A stretch of 64,000 nt of DNA from Octopus vulgaris (taxonomy: Eukaryota). The stretch spans positions 74,958,001 to 75,022,000 of the forward strand of contig OX597821.1 of the NCBI GenBank assembly GCA_951406725.2, read 5' to 3'. How positions within the stretch are numbered: the stretch's first letter is position 1; each line of letters opens with the position of its first letter. Below, in pieces: positions 1-11,790 of the stretch. Under the pieces are notes generated by a model. The model worked only from the letters and a program-made list of their open reading frames with translations, ran no database searches and was not told where the DNA came from. The translations under genes and the position numbers were made by a program.

Positions 1-836
1 TTACAGCAGATGTAGATGTAATACAATACTTAATACAGTTGCAACATCTGCTAGAATCGCTGGAAAAGATAGACAGAACAGAAATTTGGTTACTATGGTG
101 AACTATTCCACAATAACAGGAAAGTACCATGCATGACATATACTTTATAAATACTTTATACTAGAAATAAGAAAACTTAATTAGAAATGTGATAAGCAAA
201 AAAAAAACAAAACAAAAAAAAACAAAACAAAAAAAAACAGCAGTTAATGTTAATATATTAATGCTGGGAGCATTAAACAAATACATTAACTTATGTATGA
301 GGAAACACAGTGTTAATGAATAAGGAATATTTTAAAATTATTGCAGTAGGTAAGGGAGACAATTCTGTGTATCCGATCTTATTAAACATCGTCAGCGAAA
401 CATGGCCTTCGACGTATTTGCTTAATTAGTGATGAAAGAATCATTAAATAATGATAAAAGAATTACTCAAACTGATGTGAAAATATAATTTAGATATTAA
501 ATTCTCGTGAGAAATTATTCAGATATATTATCCGCATGGAAAATAAAGCCAGTTAGCATACTTAAAGCCGTGACCATTAACAGTCAACTTTAAATGCTCA
601 TACAGGGAGAAAATAGGTAGCACTGGTCAATGGGAAATATAATACTAATTCTCCTTAACTACGTGTGTATAATATCATACACCCACGCAAATATTTTTGC
701 TAAGGATATCTCATAAGACCAAAATCTTTTTTATGCCAAGGAATTCTTTTATTTCAATTAATTTTCATACGAACCTAGTCTTTCAAATGATCTCTCGACT
801 CACTAAATTGATAAAATTAACTAGCAGCAATTCCTT

Positions 837-989
837 AAAATAATAGACAGAGAACACCACTGGAAAATACGAAAACTAAAAGAAGCAGCACATATGCTAG
901 GACACAACAATTTCCTAAGCAGACCGAGTGCAGATATGAATAGCATATGGGAACCGGTGTTATGGAAGGATAGGAAAATATTTGATTAA
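837..989 (+). pseudogene. 5'-truncated C-terminus of Penelope-like element ORF (GIY-YIG endonuclease C-terminal part)
   Basis: Manual translation KIIDREHHWKIRKLKEAAHMLGHNNFLSRPSADMNSIWEPVLWKDRKIFD* matches the Penelope EN tail pattern (I-x2-E-x2-W-x2-R-K-x-K-E-A...IW.P.L). Immediately followed by a hammerhead-bearing repeat. Confidence 0.8.
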
Positions 990-1159
990 TAAGCCCTAAA
1001 ATTCACTCCATAATTGCCACGAGCATATGGCGTAGTTTGTTAAGAGTGCAGGCTACTAACCCCAAGATTCCTAGTTTGATTCCAGGCAGTGATCTGAATA
1101 ATAATAATAACATTAAAATATACCTTAGGAATGAGAACCCAGGTTCGAAACTCCCTCAA

Positions 1160-1205
1160 GACACCTGACGAAGGCTGGAGGGTATATCAACCGAAACGTT
1201 GTGCT
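1160..1205 (+). ncRNA. Minimal type I hammerhead ribozyme motif (PLE-type)
   Basis: GACAC-CTGACGA-A-GGCTG..CAACC-GAAA-CG-TT-GTGCT. Core boxes present, stem III reduced to the palindrome AACGTT. Confidence 0.6.
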
Positions 1206-1925
1206 AACAACAAACAAGATGAGGACAATGTAAATAATGAACAATTCCTTCTCTGACACTTAATTACCAGGTAGTAGATATATTTTAGGTGACATTCAGT
1301 ATTAAAGTCAAAATTGTCCATATTCATCAGATATTGTAGTGTAAAATCCGAAACGGAGAAAGGTTTATATGAGTGTTCGAGAAGGGTAATTATTGTTAGG
1401 AGAATAAAACGTTTCTAGCCCTTTTGGTTCGTCCGTGTAGAAAAGTGAATGAGAGAATAATCGAAATTGGAAGAATGGTATTAAGAAAATGCAAAGAAGG
1501 GGACTGGAGAAAGGGAAGACCGAAGTCCTTAGCAGAAAGAGATTTGGTCTAAGAATATCAGTGCAAAATAAAGGAACTGGGAGTATGCTAGGAATTGGAA
1601 AAAGAGTTAAGGAGAAATGAATACCATTCAAAACGAAACAAACAGATAAGGCATCTGTCTACGACCTCTAAATCTAAAGGTTTTCCTTATGCAATTGTTG
1701 CAGCATTTTTTTAATACCAAAAACTTCTTACTACTGTAAAGAGATTCTGTAAAGAGATTTCGCTGTAAATTATTACTGTTGAGCTTAACAGAACTGCATG
1801 ACTGTTGATTGTTTCCGCAATTCAACAGAACCATTCTTTCTTTTACAGATTATTCACTGCATAAAGACGTATTCTACGACACGGTATATTTCATTGATAT
1901 TATTCGAGACTGGTATTCCACCGAG

Positions 1926-2158
1926 AAGGCGGTGAGCTGGCAGAAACGTTAGCACGCCGGGCGAAATGCTTAGCGGTATTTCGTCTGCCGCTACGTTCTG
2001 AGTTCAAATTCCGCCGAGGTCGACTTTGCCTTTCATCCTTTCGGGGTCGATAAATTAAGTACCAGTTACGCACTGGGGTCGATGTAATCGACTTAATCCG
2101 TTTGTCTGTCCTTGTTTGTCCCCTCCGTGTTTAGCCCCTTGTGGGTAGCAAAGAAATA
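1926..2158 (+). mobile_element. tRNA-derived SINE family A (tail type 1), young copy
   Basis: tRNA-like head with B box GAGTTCAAATTCC and central domain CCGAGGTCGACTTTGCCTTTCATCCTTTCGGGGTCGATAAATTAAGTACCAG (resembles the Meta/MESC-type SINE domain). 14-bp direct repeat GGTATTCCACCGAG at 1912-1925 and 2159-2172. Confidence 0.9.
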
Positions 2159-2162
2159 GGTA

Positions 2163-2296
2163 TTCCACCGAGCTCGACTTTACATTTCATCCTTTCGGTG
2201 TCGATAAAATAAGCACCAGTTTATCACTGGGATCGATGTAATTCATTTATTCCTCCTCCGAAGTTGCTGACATTGTGCCAAAAAAACTGAGACCAA
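2163..2296 (+). mobile_element. Older SINE family A fragment (tail type 2)
   Basis: Diverged central domain plus ...TTGTGCCAAAA..TGAGACC tail. Confidence 0.7.
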
Positions 2297-3282
2297 AAAT
2301 TGTTGAGCATCACTGCCAAAGTTGCTTTGATACATCAACTCAGCCTGTGCATCATCATTTATATTCGCAGGAGATTTGAACCCAGGACAGCCGGCTAATT
2401 GAAAACTCGTTAAGTGCACATTTCTTCAAATGCATTTAGTTCATGAGGGATTCCCGAATGCATGCATATGTCTAAAATAATTGCAATTGATTGTGTGATT
2501 AAATTCCCTCACCAACGAATCACCACTTTGACAGTGATCGTATTCGAACCAATAACCCTTTACTTAGAAATACAGAATCTATTCATCCTAAAGTGACTCA
2601 TTTCAACATTTACACTTTTGTTGTTTCTTGTTATTGCGTCCAGCCCTTTAAATTGTTACTTGGAAACGTCTTTCACTTTTACTGTGTTTTAAATAGAAAT
2701 ATCTAATTTCCAAGTGTGAAAATTTATCTCCATTCTTTTTTATAGATAGTTCTCACCTATTAAATGACAGCAGAGAAACATTCCGAAAAATACGTCTAAT
2801 ACACTTCCATACTTTTCTTTTTATTTTGTTTCCATTTAATTTTCTTTATAAATTTGTCATAATCTATCTATATTTAGACATTTTTATCTTCTTTCTTTTC
2901 CTTCCAATTAATTGCGATTTGCTTCCTGAAAGCGAAATTATTGTACATAGAGTTGCTTCAATCGTCCCTTCCATATACTATGATTAAGACAATTCTCTAG
3001 ATACATCATTTAATCAATTTTAATTAAAACTCTTCCCTAGACACCAATGTCTTAACGAGCTTTATTCTACAACTGAATATCTTCCAACATTCTCAAGCAA
3101 GATACACCCTTAATAGGCTGAAATTCGCTGGCTTAATAATACTGGCTTACTTTTTTTTCTATGTTTTTTTTTGTAACAAGTTTAAATAAAACCGACAAGT
3201 TTATTTTAATTGTATGGCTAACACCGAGGAGTAAGTAGTTTACAGGAAGACATGAAGTGCTTTCAGCCTTACTTTGAAGTAA

Positions 3283-3876
3283 AGATGGCGAACTGGCAGG
3301 ATCATTACCACGCCGGGAAAATGCTTGGCGGCATTTCTTCAGACCGGCGAGCTGGCAGAAACGTTAGGGCGCCGGGCGAAATGCTTACGTTGTGAGTTCA
3401 AATTCCGCCGAGGTCGACTTTGCCTTTCATCCTTTCGGGGTCGATAAATTAAGTACCAGTTACGCACTGGGGTCGATGTAATCGACTTAATACCTATGTC
3501 TGTCCTTGTTTGTCCCCTCTGTGTTTAGCCTCTTGTGGGTAATAAAGAAATAGGTATTTCGTCTGCCGCTGCGTTCTGAGTTCAAATTCCACCGAGGTCA
3601 ACTTTGCCTTTCATCCTTTCGGGATCGATTAAATAAGTACCAGTTACGTACTGGGGTCGATATAATCGACTTAATCCGTTTGTCTGTCCTTGTTTGTCCC
3701 CTGTGTATTTAGCCCTCTGTGGGTAGTAAAGAAATAGGCATTTCTTCAGACCGTACGTTCTGAGTTCAAATACCCGCCGGGTTGACTTATCCTTTCGGGG
3801 TTGCACATAGTGTTCGATGTGATAATCTTACCCTCGCCCCCGAAATCAGTGGCCTTGTACCAAAATTTGAAGCCAA
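3283..3876 (+). mobile_element. Nested SINE family A cluster (dimer inserted into an older copy)
   Basis: Outer head is interrupted. The 17-bp direct repeat GGCATTTCTTCAGACCG at 3330-3346 and 3737-3753 flanks two tandem tail-1 units. Confidence 0.85.
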
Positions 3877-3896
3877 TCTTACTTTGAAGTTATTTA

Positions 3897-4050
3897 TTTA
3901 TTCATTTACTTGTCTCAGTTATTTGAATGTGACCATGCTGGAGCACCACCAAGACTTATTTTTAAATCATAGTACTTATTCTTTCGGGCTCTTTTGCCGA
4001 ACTGTTAAGTTACGGGGACTTAAGCACATCAACTCCGGTTGTGAAGCGTT
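3897..4050 (-). mobile_element. SINE family B, 3' half
   Basis: Reverse complement of the ...CCAGCATGG(C/T)CAC..GACAAGTAAA tail and CCCCGTAACTTA motif seen in the full copy at 18047. Confidence 0.7.
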
Positions 4051-4986
4051 GCTGGCTTTTCAGGTTTCGTAAATCCCTAAGGCATTCGACATTTGTAATT
4101 TGATCAGTAATTAGTATTCACTCTGATTCTACATAGTTACTAACAATTATATAGTTTGCTTTCATCGTCTTTTCTATCGGTACTTTATAGACTTCTTCAT
4201 TCCAGCCCCTCTTACCTGATAAACCCTTCAAATCTACTCTAGTCCGGCCATTTAATACTCTTGCCGTGTATCATTTCCTATGCTCTGAACGAAGCACTCC
4301 TCTCTCAGTCCTTCTGTTGCAGATTCTCAATTGCCTCAGAAAGAGTTTCGATAAACAACAAACAGACGTTCACAGCAAAACATCAGCAATGACATAAATG
4401 TCAATAGAAAACCTGGTGTCTGCGTGGGTTTCCTTTATCGGCAAAGTCTCCTAATACATTTCGCCTTTTCCTTCTCCCGATGTGCAACCTTCTGAAAATA
4501 CTGCCATCAACGATTTACTGCCACAGATTTTTGCAGTAAGCATCGAAACATTTGATCGTTAATGCATTAAAGTACTTTGATCGTTAAACACCAGAATAAT
4601 ATTTTGATCTGTAAACATCAAAGTATTTTCGTTCCGGAAAATATCAAGTAATCTATTTAGTTACCTCCCTTTCTATGCCGGTTCCTTTTTAATTTCGAAA
4701 GTCTAATAAATTAAGTGGAACAATTTTATCAACAGTATTTTCTTCTTCCCACATTGACTTTGTGTCGCTGTTGGAAAAATACATTATTATAATGGACGTG
4801 TTGGTGGTAGTGGTGACGTTGGTGCTGCCAGAAGCTTAACATTTTCTTCCGAATTAATTTAGAATTCAATTTCTAGTGGAATCGATAAAGTAGGTACCAG
4901 TTATCTAATGGTGCTGATATAGTTAATAATTGTAATACCCACAAATTGCTGCCGTTCCATTACTGTAGGAAACCAATTACAATAAT

Positions 4987-5132
4987 TGTTTCAAACTTTG
5001 GCACAATGCCAGCAATTTTTAGGAGGTGAGGAACAAGTCGAATCCATCGACCCCAGTGTTCAACTGGTACTTATTTTACCGACCCCGAAAGGACGAAAGG
5101 CAAAATCGACCTCGGTGGAATTTGAACTCAGA
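4987..5132 (-). mobile_element. SINE family A (tail type 2), partial
   Basis: Reverse central domain GACCCCGAAAGGACGAAAGGCAAAATCGACCTCGGTGGAATTTGAACTC. Confidence 0.8.
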
Positions 5133-5170
5133 GCCTAAAAACGAAAATGAGAGCCTAAAAACGAAAATGA
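5131..5170 (+). repeat. Perfect 20-bp tandem duplication
   Basis: GAGCCTAAAAACGAAAATGA x2. Confidence 0.9.
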
Positions 5171-5231
5171 GTGTCCAGAAATATGAAACTCGGCAATGAA
5201 AGATAATTCTAAAATCGCATTGCTATAAGTG

Positions 5232-5533
5232 TTGTTTGTTCCTTGTCGAGCCACCCCTAGTCCATAGAGGCTGGCTTCCGGGTTTCATTGGTGTATAGGT
5301 TCCCCACCTGGACGGGACATCGGTCCGTCGCTGGTGAGCTGCAATATGCAGGCGGAAACAGTGAGAGAAAATTGTGGCAAAAGAGTCAGCAGAAGTTCGC
5401 AATTACCTTCTGCTGGAGTGGCATGGAGCTTAGGTGTTTCGCTCATAAACACAAACATCGCCCGGTCCGAGATTCGAACGCGCGATCCGTCGAACACGAG
5501 CACACTGCTCTATCCACTAGGCCATGTGCCTCC
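5232..5533 (-). mobile_element. SINE family C head with V-domain-like tail
   Basis: Minus strand reads GGAGGCACATGGCCTAGTGG..GTTCGAATCTC head, the shared C middle, then GCGACGGACCGATGTCCCGTCCAGG..GAAACCCGG, which resembles the V-SINE domain. Confidence 0.7.
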
Positions 5534-5835
5534 ACATTACCATAAATACTTTTGATTAAATATTTAATACCTCGGGAAAATATATTTTCTAACGTAAACA
5601 CTACTAAGTCAAAATATTTTAAAGAAGCGCAGAGTAGGTTCAATTGCCACACAGATTGCTTGTTACTTGTCTTATGGACGCCAAAAGGATAAAAGGGAAA
5701 TTCGACCAAGCAAAGATTATATTCAAAAGAGAAACGGATGTTAATGAATACTTACTTTAAGGGTAAACACAATGGTTTTGAATATGGAATCAGTTTGACA
5801 AATGAAAGGTTTTGGATGTGGGAGGGATATCTATA

Positions 5836-6244
5836 TGCTCTTCTCTACTCTAGGCACAAGGCCCCAATTTTTTTGGTTTTGATGAGGAGACCAGTCGATT
5901 AGATCGACTCCAGTACGCAACTGGTACTTAATTTATCGACCCCGAAAGGATGAAAGACAAAGTCGACCTCGGTGGATTTGGAAATCAGAACGTAAAGACA
6001 GACGAAATACCTATTTCTTTACTATCCACAAGAAGCTAAACACAGAGGGGACAAACTAGGACAGACAAACGGATTAAGTCGATTTCATCGACCCCAGTGC
6101 GTAAATGGTACTTAATTCATCGACCCCGAAAGGATGAAAGGCAAAGTCGACTTCGGCGGAATTTGAACTCAGAACGTAACGGCAGACGAAATACGGCTAC
6201 GCATTTCGCCCGGCGTGCTAACGTTTCTGCCAGCTCACCGCCTT
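5836..6244 (-). mobile_element. SINE family A dimer (tail1 unit + GGTATTTCGTC-starting tail2 unit)
   Basis: Two central domains, junction AAGAAATA|GGTATTTCGTC on the minus strand. Confidence 0.85.
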
Positions 6245-6434
6245 GGGATGTGTATATATTGTATTACTTTTTATTGACCCCATGAATATGTCGCTTGAGC
6301 GTCGGGCAAATAGTTCGATGTTTATTTGTGTTGTGAGTTGAAATCTCACAGAGGTCAAATTTTCCTTTCAACCTTTTGAGGTTGATAAATTTATATCAAT
6401 TTAGTATAATGGAGTCAATCTTGTATCCTTTCTA

Positions 6435-6640
6435 AGGCTGTGACTGGTGAGACGTTAGCACGCTGGGTGAAATGCTTAGCGGTATTTCTGTCTTTACGTT
6501 CAAATTCCGCCGAGGTCGATTTTGCCTTTCATCATTTCGGGGTCGATAAATTAAGTACTAGTTGCATACTGGGGTTGATCTAATCGACTGGCCCCCTCCC
6601 CCCAAATTTCCGGCCTTTAGTAGAAAAGTAGAAAAGAATC
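6435..6640 (+). mobile_element. SINE family A (tail type 2)
   Basis: Head, central domain and GGCCCCCTCCCCCAAATTT..AGTAGAAAAGAAT tail. Confidence 0.8.
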
Positions 6641-8352
6641 TGGTATTCTTTATTTCTTTCTATTATAATTGGCTAAGCTATACTAGGAGTGGGTTCTGTG
6701 GGACTGCTTATAGCATTCCATTTCTCCACAGAACTAAGGGAGCTAACGTAGGGGCTAGCAGCATTTACTACTCTAGAATGTTACAGAAGCGTTCCAAATA
6801 CAGCAGGCAGGGGAATTGATCACGAAGGTAATATACACTCGTGCTTTACCTTTTGACACTCTTCACCATTTTAAAATTCTTTTATACTCTTCGGTGAATG
6901 GGCTGCGGCCTCCACGTTGGAGTTTTATTCAACCATACCGAGCCAGCTACATTTATCAACTAAATATACATATATTTTTTTGTAACTCTGAAGATGGAAG
7001 TGAAATTTAATTTGGTAGGGTTGGAACGAAGAACGTAAAGTGCTGTAATCAAATAAAAAAAATTATATTTGTTCGACGCCCTATTTGTTCGACTGTTAAG
7101 CTCCGCTTGTTGCTCACAATTATAGTAAATTTAATATGACTAACATACGTTAAGACATAATTCGTTCAAATTCTGCTGGAGTTGACTTAATCCCTTATTT
7201 CAAGGCGCCAATAAACTCAACTGTATCCCTTCACTGCAAATGTATGTCATTGTGTCAAAGTTAGAAATGTATATAATATCAGCGTATATACATGTCAAAT
7301 TGTGAGTGTACGAGTGTAAAAAGCTTCCTGTAAGACATTTGCATTATGTCATTGTTTATTTTATTCTTATTTAACAAATAATAAATCCATTTACAATTTG
7401 TGTCTACAACTCGACCATTTTGATTTGCCACTTATCAGACATACGTAATTCAATGTTTAGATTGATACAAAACAGCGATGTTAAAATGATACTTTCTAAA
7501 TAAAAGGTAAAATGGGGGGGGGGGGGGCTTTAAAAAATGCTTTTAATACGCAGCGTCTGGCTTTGGGGATTTGATTATATAGTGTAGACATAGGCGTAAC
7601 AAATTTTAGAAAGCCAGTAAATTAAACATTATTTGAAAAATATATAGTGATCATAAGCTTCTATCAGTAGACACCATGTCCCCTTTATTCCATAGCATCC
7701 CCCTTGTAGGGAAAAAAACCCGCTTCAGCTACTTACAAACGTGTTTGTAATGGTTACATGCATTTTCATTAGCGTTTGAATGTTTAATGCAAATTCGGAG
7801 CAAAAGCCGCTAAAATCTGGATTCCTTTCGCTGATTCGCATAGAAACTGTTACTATAAGCATTTTTGAAATTCCACTTGAATCAATAAATTTTGGATCTA
7901 ACCGAATCAAATTTACAATTTTCACTTCATTCGTTTCAATAAAGAAAACAAATAGAGGTGTTATTTCAATTTTTGTATATTTCTTAGTTTTTATTCACAT
8001 GTATGCAAAACTATTCTCGTCAAATTATACATTACACACGGAATCAGGCTCAGAGGGAGAGAGAGGGAAAAAAAGAGAGAAACTGTTTGTTGTTATTACT
8101 TCATGTCTTTCAATATAACTCTCAGATTCCAACACTGTGTGAGTGTGTGTGTGTGCATGTGTAGTTACACAGCAATGTGTATGCTTGACTGCGATATCTT
8201 ACTTTCCGGATGAATATGTAATACTTGTGGTTTTTATTTGACAGACCTTTATAAATAACGCAAACGAATACAGGTATAAAATACATATAAACAAACATAC
8301 ATACATTCATGAATACATACATACATACATAATGCATACATACACACACACA

Positions 8353-8399
<47 letters not shown>

Positions 8400-8403
<4 letters not shown>

Positions 8404-8520
8404 TCTTTATGTGTTCCTTTCTGTTGAAGAGCGTAGGCTCGAAACGTAAAAGACTCTTTCACTTCCCGAGCGTTATACTAATACACCACCTGTCTTCGTC
8501 TTTTTTTTCTGAATTTTCCA
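8400..8520 (+). mobile_element. Hammerhead-like repeat fragment (putative PLE pLTR, family P2) embedded in (TA)n
   Basis: CTTT-CTGTTGA-A-GAGC-GTAG-GCTC-GAAA-CG-TA-AAAG at 8417-8452 (core variant CUGUUGA). Related reverse copy near 44265-44350. (TA)n on both sides. Confidence 0.5.
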
Positions 8521-8728
8521 TATATATATATATATATACTCTCACTTGCTTTACGTCAATTCATGATGTTACTGCTTTGTGTAGCTATTCGAGTCGTTTT
8601 TTTACTCATATTTCTAGCAATGGTAGTACAAATTTGTACCCTTGTGTATTAACTTGCCTTTAGGTTTTAATTGCTAACGGGCCACCTGTATTATAATATA
8701 TTTAATATATTTTAATATACTAATATAT

Positions 8729-8776
<48 letters not shown>

Positions 8777-9243
8777 TATAGTATACCCCACCCAAAATAA
8801 ACGAAGAAAAGACACAAAAAAACAACGCGAGGACGTGGTACATGTAAAGCATTAGCAGACGCTCAGGGAAGGGAAGGAAGGTGGTGTAACGTTTCGCGAT
8901 AGATTCTACTGAAGGAGAGATAAGTGAGGTAGAGGTGGTTTGATATCAGTGAAGAGAGCCTCCGAATATGGTGTAGCCTCCCTCTGACAGCACATACAAA
9001 AATAAGGACAAAGGAATATACACATGTATATCTATGAACATATATGCTCACACATATATCTATTTACATATATAAATGCCTGTACATATATAAATGCCTG
9101 TACATATATAAATACATATATTTGTATGGATTAATGCATATACATGTAAATGAACATACAAACTCTATAGGTGATTGAAAATTCCCTTTAGCATTAGAAT
9201 AATCAACGGTCAGCTGAGCTCATTAATGTACATATCACTTCCC

Positions 9244-9427
9244 GTTCTATATTTAAGAGATGAGGAATTATGTACATTATTTACATTATTTACATTTGAC
9301 GGATATTATTGTTTGTTGTTAACACAACTTTTCGGCTGATAAAACCTGCAGCCTTCATTAGGTGTCTTGGGGAAATTTCGAACCTGGGTTCCCATTTCTA
9401 AGGTATTTTTCGATATTGTTGTTGTTG

Positions 9428-9517
<90 letters not shown>

Positions 9518-9527
9518 TTATTATTTA

Positions 9528-9558
<31 letters not shown>

Positions 9559-9586
9559 TATATTATTATTATTTTTATTATTATTA

Positions 9587-9645
<59 letters not shown>

Positions 9646-9864
9646 ATTATTATTATTATTAGTATGTAGGTCACTGCTTGGAATCGAACTTGGAATCTTA
9701 GGGTTAGTAGCCCGCGCTCTTAACGACTACGCCATATGCCCGCTGGATGATGAAGGCTGGAAGGTATATCAGCGGAAACGTTGTGTTAACAATAAACAAG
9801 ATGAGAACAAATATCCGTCAAATGTAATTAATGCACTTAATTCCTCATCTCTTAAATATAGAAC
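9244..9864. mobile_element. Family P1 inverted pair: full pLTR (minus, 9244-9742) + partial pLTR (plus, 9746-9864), with expanded (ATT)n
   Basis: Ends GTTCTATATTTAAGAGATGAGGAAT ... ATTCCTCATCTCTTAAATATAGAAC are inverted. tRNA-like head at 9668-9742 (minus). Hammerhead remnants on both strands. Confidence 0.85.
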
Positions 9865-9999
9865 TGTACATTAACCTAGGTTTGAAAAGTGAAGTAAAGA
9901 CCATCCTACATATCGGTCGTTAGTAAGTTCCTCTGGAAGCGCTCTTGCTGAAGACCTACCATAAAAATGGAGCTCGATGAACAGATATTAAAGAAGACC

Positions 10000-10470
10000 T
10001 GGAAGCGAAACGCTCAGCATACCAAGAAAGGATTGTGCATGGATATAATAAGCAAAATAAAGAAATGAGTCGATGTCGGTTATGTTACATTTCTGTGAAA
10101 GACATCAGCAGATACCCAGAAGTGCCATCGGGGTACTCTTTCTAACGCTTCATTACGTTGTCGCAAACATAATATAAAATGCGATCTAAAAAAGAAGAAA
10201 AGACTCTCTTTAGTTAAATATAAAGAATCGTCCGGCTGTTGAATACATATGTAAATAGAATGCAAGAATTATTCGTGGAACATTCCCACCAACACTTCAG
10301 TCAAGTGCAAATATATCAGTCTGAATATTGTTGTCTGAGACAGACAAGAGAAAGTATGTGCCATCATAGCAGTCAGCTGTCATGAATATCTCTTTGAAAA
10401 TCAAAGAGAAAGAGGATTACTACGGACACCTGTTACGAAAGCTCCAGCTTCTATATCCAATTCACATTTA
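10000..10470 (+). pseudogene. Decayed R4/Dong-like non-LTR retrotransposon C-terminus (CCHC + restriction-like endonuclease)
   Basis: RCRLC at 10071. WNIPTNTSVKCKYISLNIVV*DRQEKVCAIIAVSC / MNISLKIKEKEDYYGHLLRKLQLLYP resembles the RLE region (N.PDIV...E.KEK..Y..L) of R4/Dong elements. Confidence 0.65.
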
Positions 10471-10992
10471 TACCAATAATAATTTACTCCATGATAGAAT
10501 ACTGAGTATGAATAGTGTATTCACATTCGGCTCTGTAAATTTTGGAAGTGTTGGTTGGATATCTGTTACATAATGTCGCTCGATTGTGTGCATATTTAGC
10601 CCTAGCACTTAAAAATTGTATAATTGGAAATACTATACTGAAGAGAGAAGTAAGTAAAATTTAAATCACTTTAATCTCGAAACGCGTATATAGTTAATCC
10701 TGGTCGTGTTGATTCATTGTTTTTCTCTTTGCCTTCGTAAAAATGTATGTTACTGCCATGGAGATTCTTATAGTAGCAGAAAAGGAATTTTAACTCCTAT
10801 TTCTAAATTCGGTATGTGGTGAAGCAATTAGCAGAACCCTAATTATAATTATGTTTATAATATTTGTATAATTTTAACTATAAAGGTTATTTTTTAACGT
10901 ACCGATCTACTTAGTGAAATTATTAATTAATTGATTGATTAATTAATTAATTTAATTAATAAATTTGACCCTTTTATTATTATTATTATTAC

Positions 10993-11058
<66 letters not shown>

Positions 11059-11417
11059 TATACACTCAGAACATATGAAACAAGAGTAACTGTACATCTA
11101 ACAATAGGCAAGGATTCTTAGGAAAAAACATTGCTTTCGATAGACAAACGGTTAAACTACATATCAATTATTCTTCCAGGGAAATTAATTGTATATATTT
11201 TTGTGATTTAAGAAATGGACGACATTGAATTAAATGGACCTCTTCTCATTTAAATAACAAAAGTAAAATGCATAGTTTTTCTTTTGCCCAATTAAATAAT
11301 ACTTTTTCGGAGAAGGATTAAATAAACAAAAATCAGTAGCAAGACCCGAATGAGACATCCAATAAACAATAAATGAAAGAAAGTGTTTTTTAAAAAAGAA
11401 CAGAAAAGAAAATCATT

Positions 11418-11790
11418 GTACTCTGTCGTTGACGACAACGAGGGTTCCAGATGATCCGATCAATGGAACAACCTGCTCCTGAAATTAATGTGCAAGTGGC
11501 TGAGCACTCCACAGTTACGTGTACTCTTAATGTAGTTCTCGGAGAGATTCAGTATGACACAGGGTGTGATAAGTTTGGCCCTTTGAAATACAGGTACAAC
11601 AGAAACAGGAAGAAAGAGTGAAAGTTGTGGTGAAAGAGTACAGCGGGGGTCGCCACCATCCCCTGCGGGAGCCTCGTGGAGCTTTATGTGTTTTCGCTCA
11701 ATAAACACTCACAATGCCAAGTTTGTGAGTCGAAACAGCAATCCTACGACCGTGATTCCTCTGCCCTAACTACTGGGCCATTGTGTCTCC
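11418..11790 (-). mobile_element. SINE family C (tail type ii)
   Basis: Minus-strand head CAATGGCCCAGTAGTTAGGGCAG..GTTTCGACTC, shared middle, tail GTGGAGTGCTCAGCCACTTGCAC..GGAACCCTCGTTGTCG. Confidence 0.8.

Larger units (their letters stand above)
837..1250 (+). mobile_element. Penelope-like element 3' end: EN fragment + pLTR with tRNA-like head, (AAT)n and hammerhead (family P1)
   Basis: ORF tail, then A-box-like TGGCGTAGTT and B-box-like GTTTGATTCC, (AAT)n, and CTGACGA..GAAACGTT. CAATTCCTT occurs at 828-836 and 1242-1250 (possible TSD or microhomology). Confidence 0.75.

Noticed and set aside
1016-1096. Possible functional tRNA gene (also the SINE heads)
   Set aside because: A and B boxes are present but the acceptor stem is poor, and there are multiple diverged copies embedded in repeats. 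tRNA-derived, not a tRNA gene.
4545-4640. Spaced TTTGATCGTTA repeats (CRISPR-like look)
   Set aside because: Only 3-4 degenerate ~26-nt units in eukaryotic DNA. A decayed minisatellite with no cas genes.
10972-11042. (TTA)n as the target or tail of the R4/Dong-like fragment
   Set aside because: It lies 500 bp downstream, such tracts are ubiquitous here, and no link can be shown.
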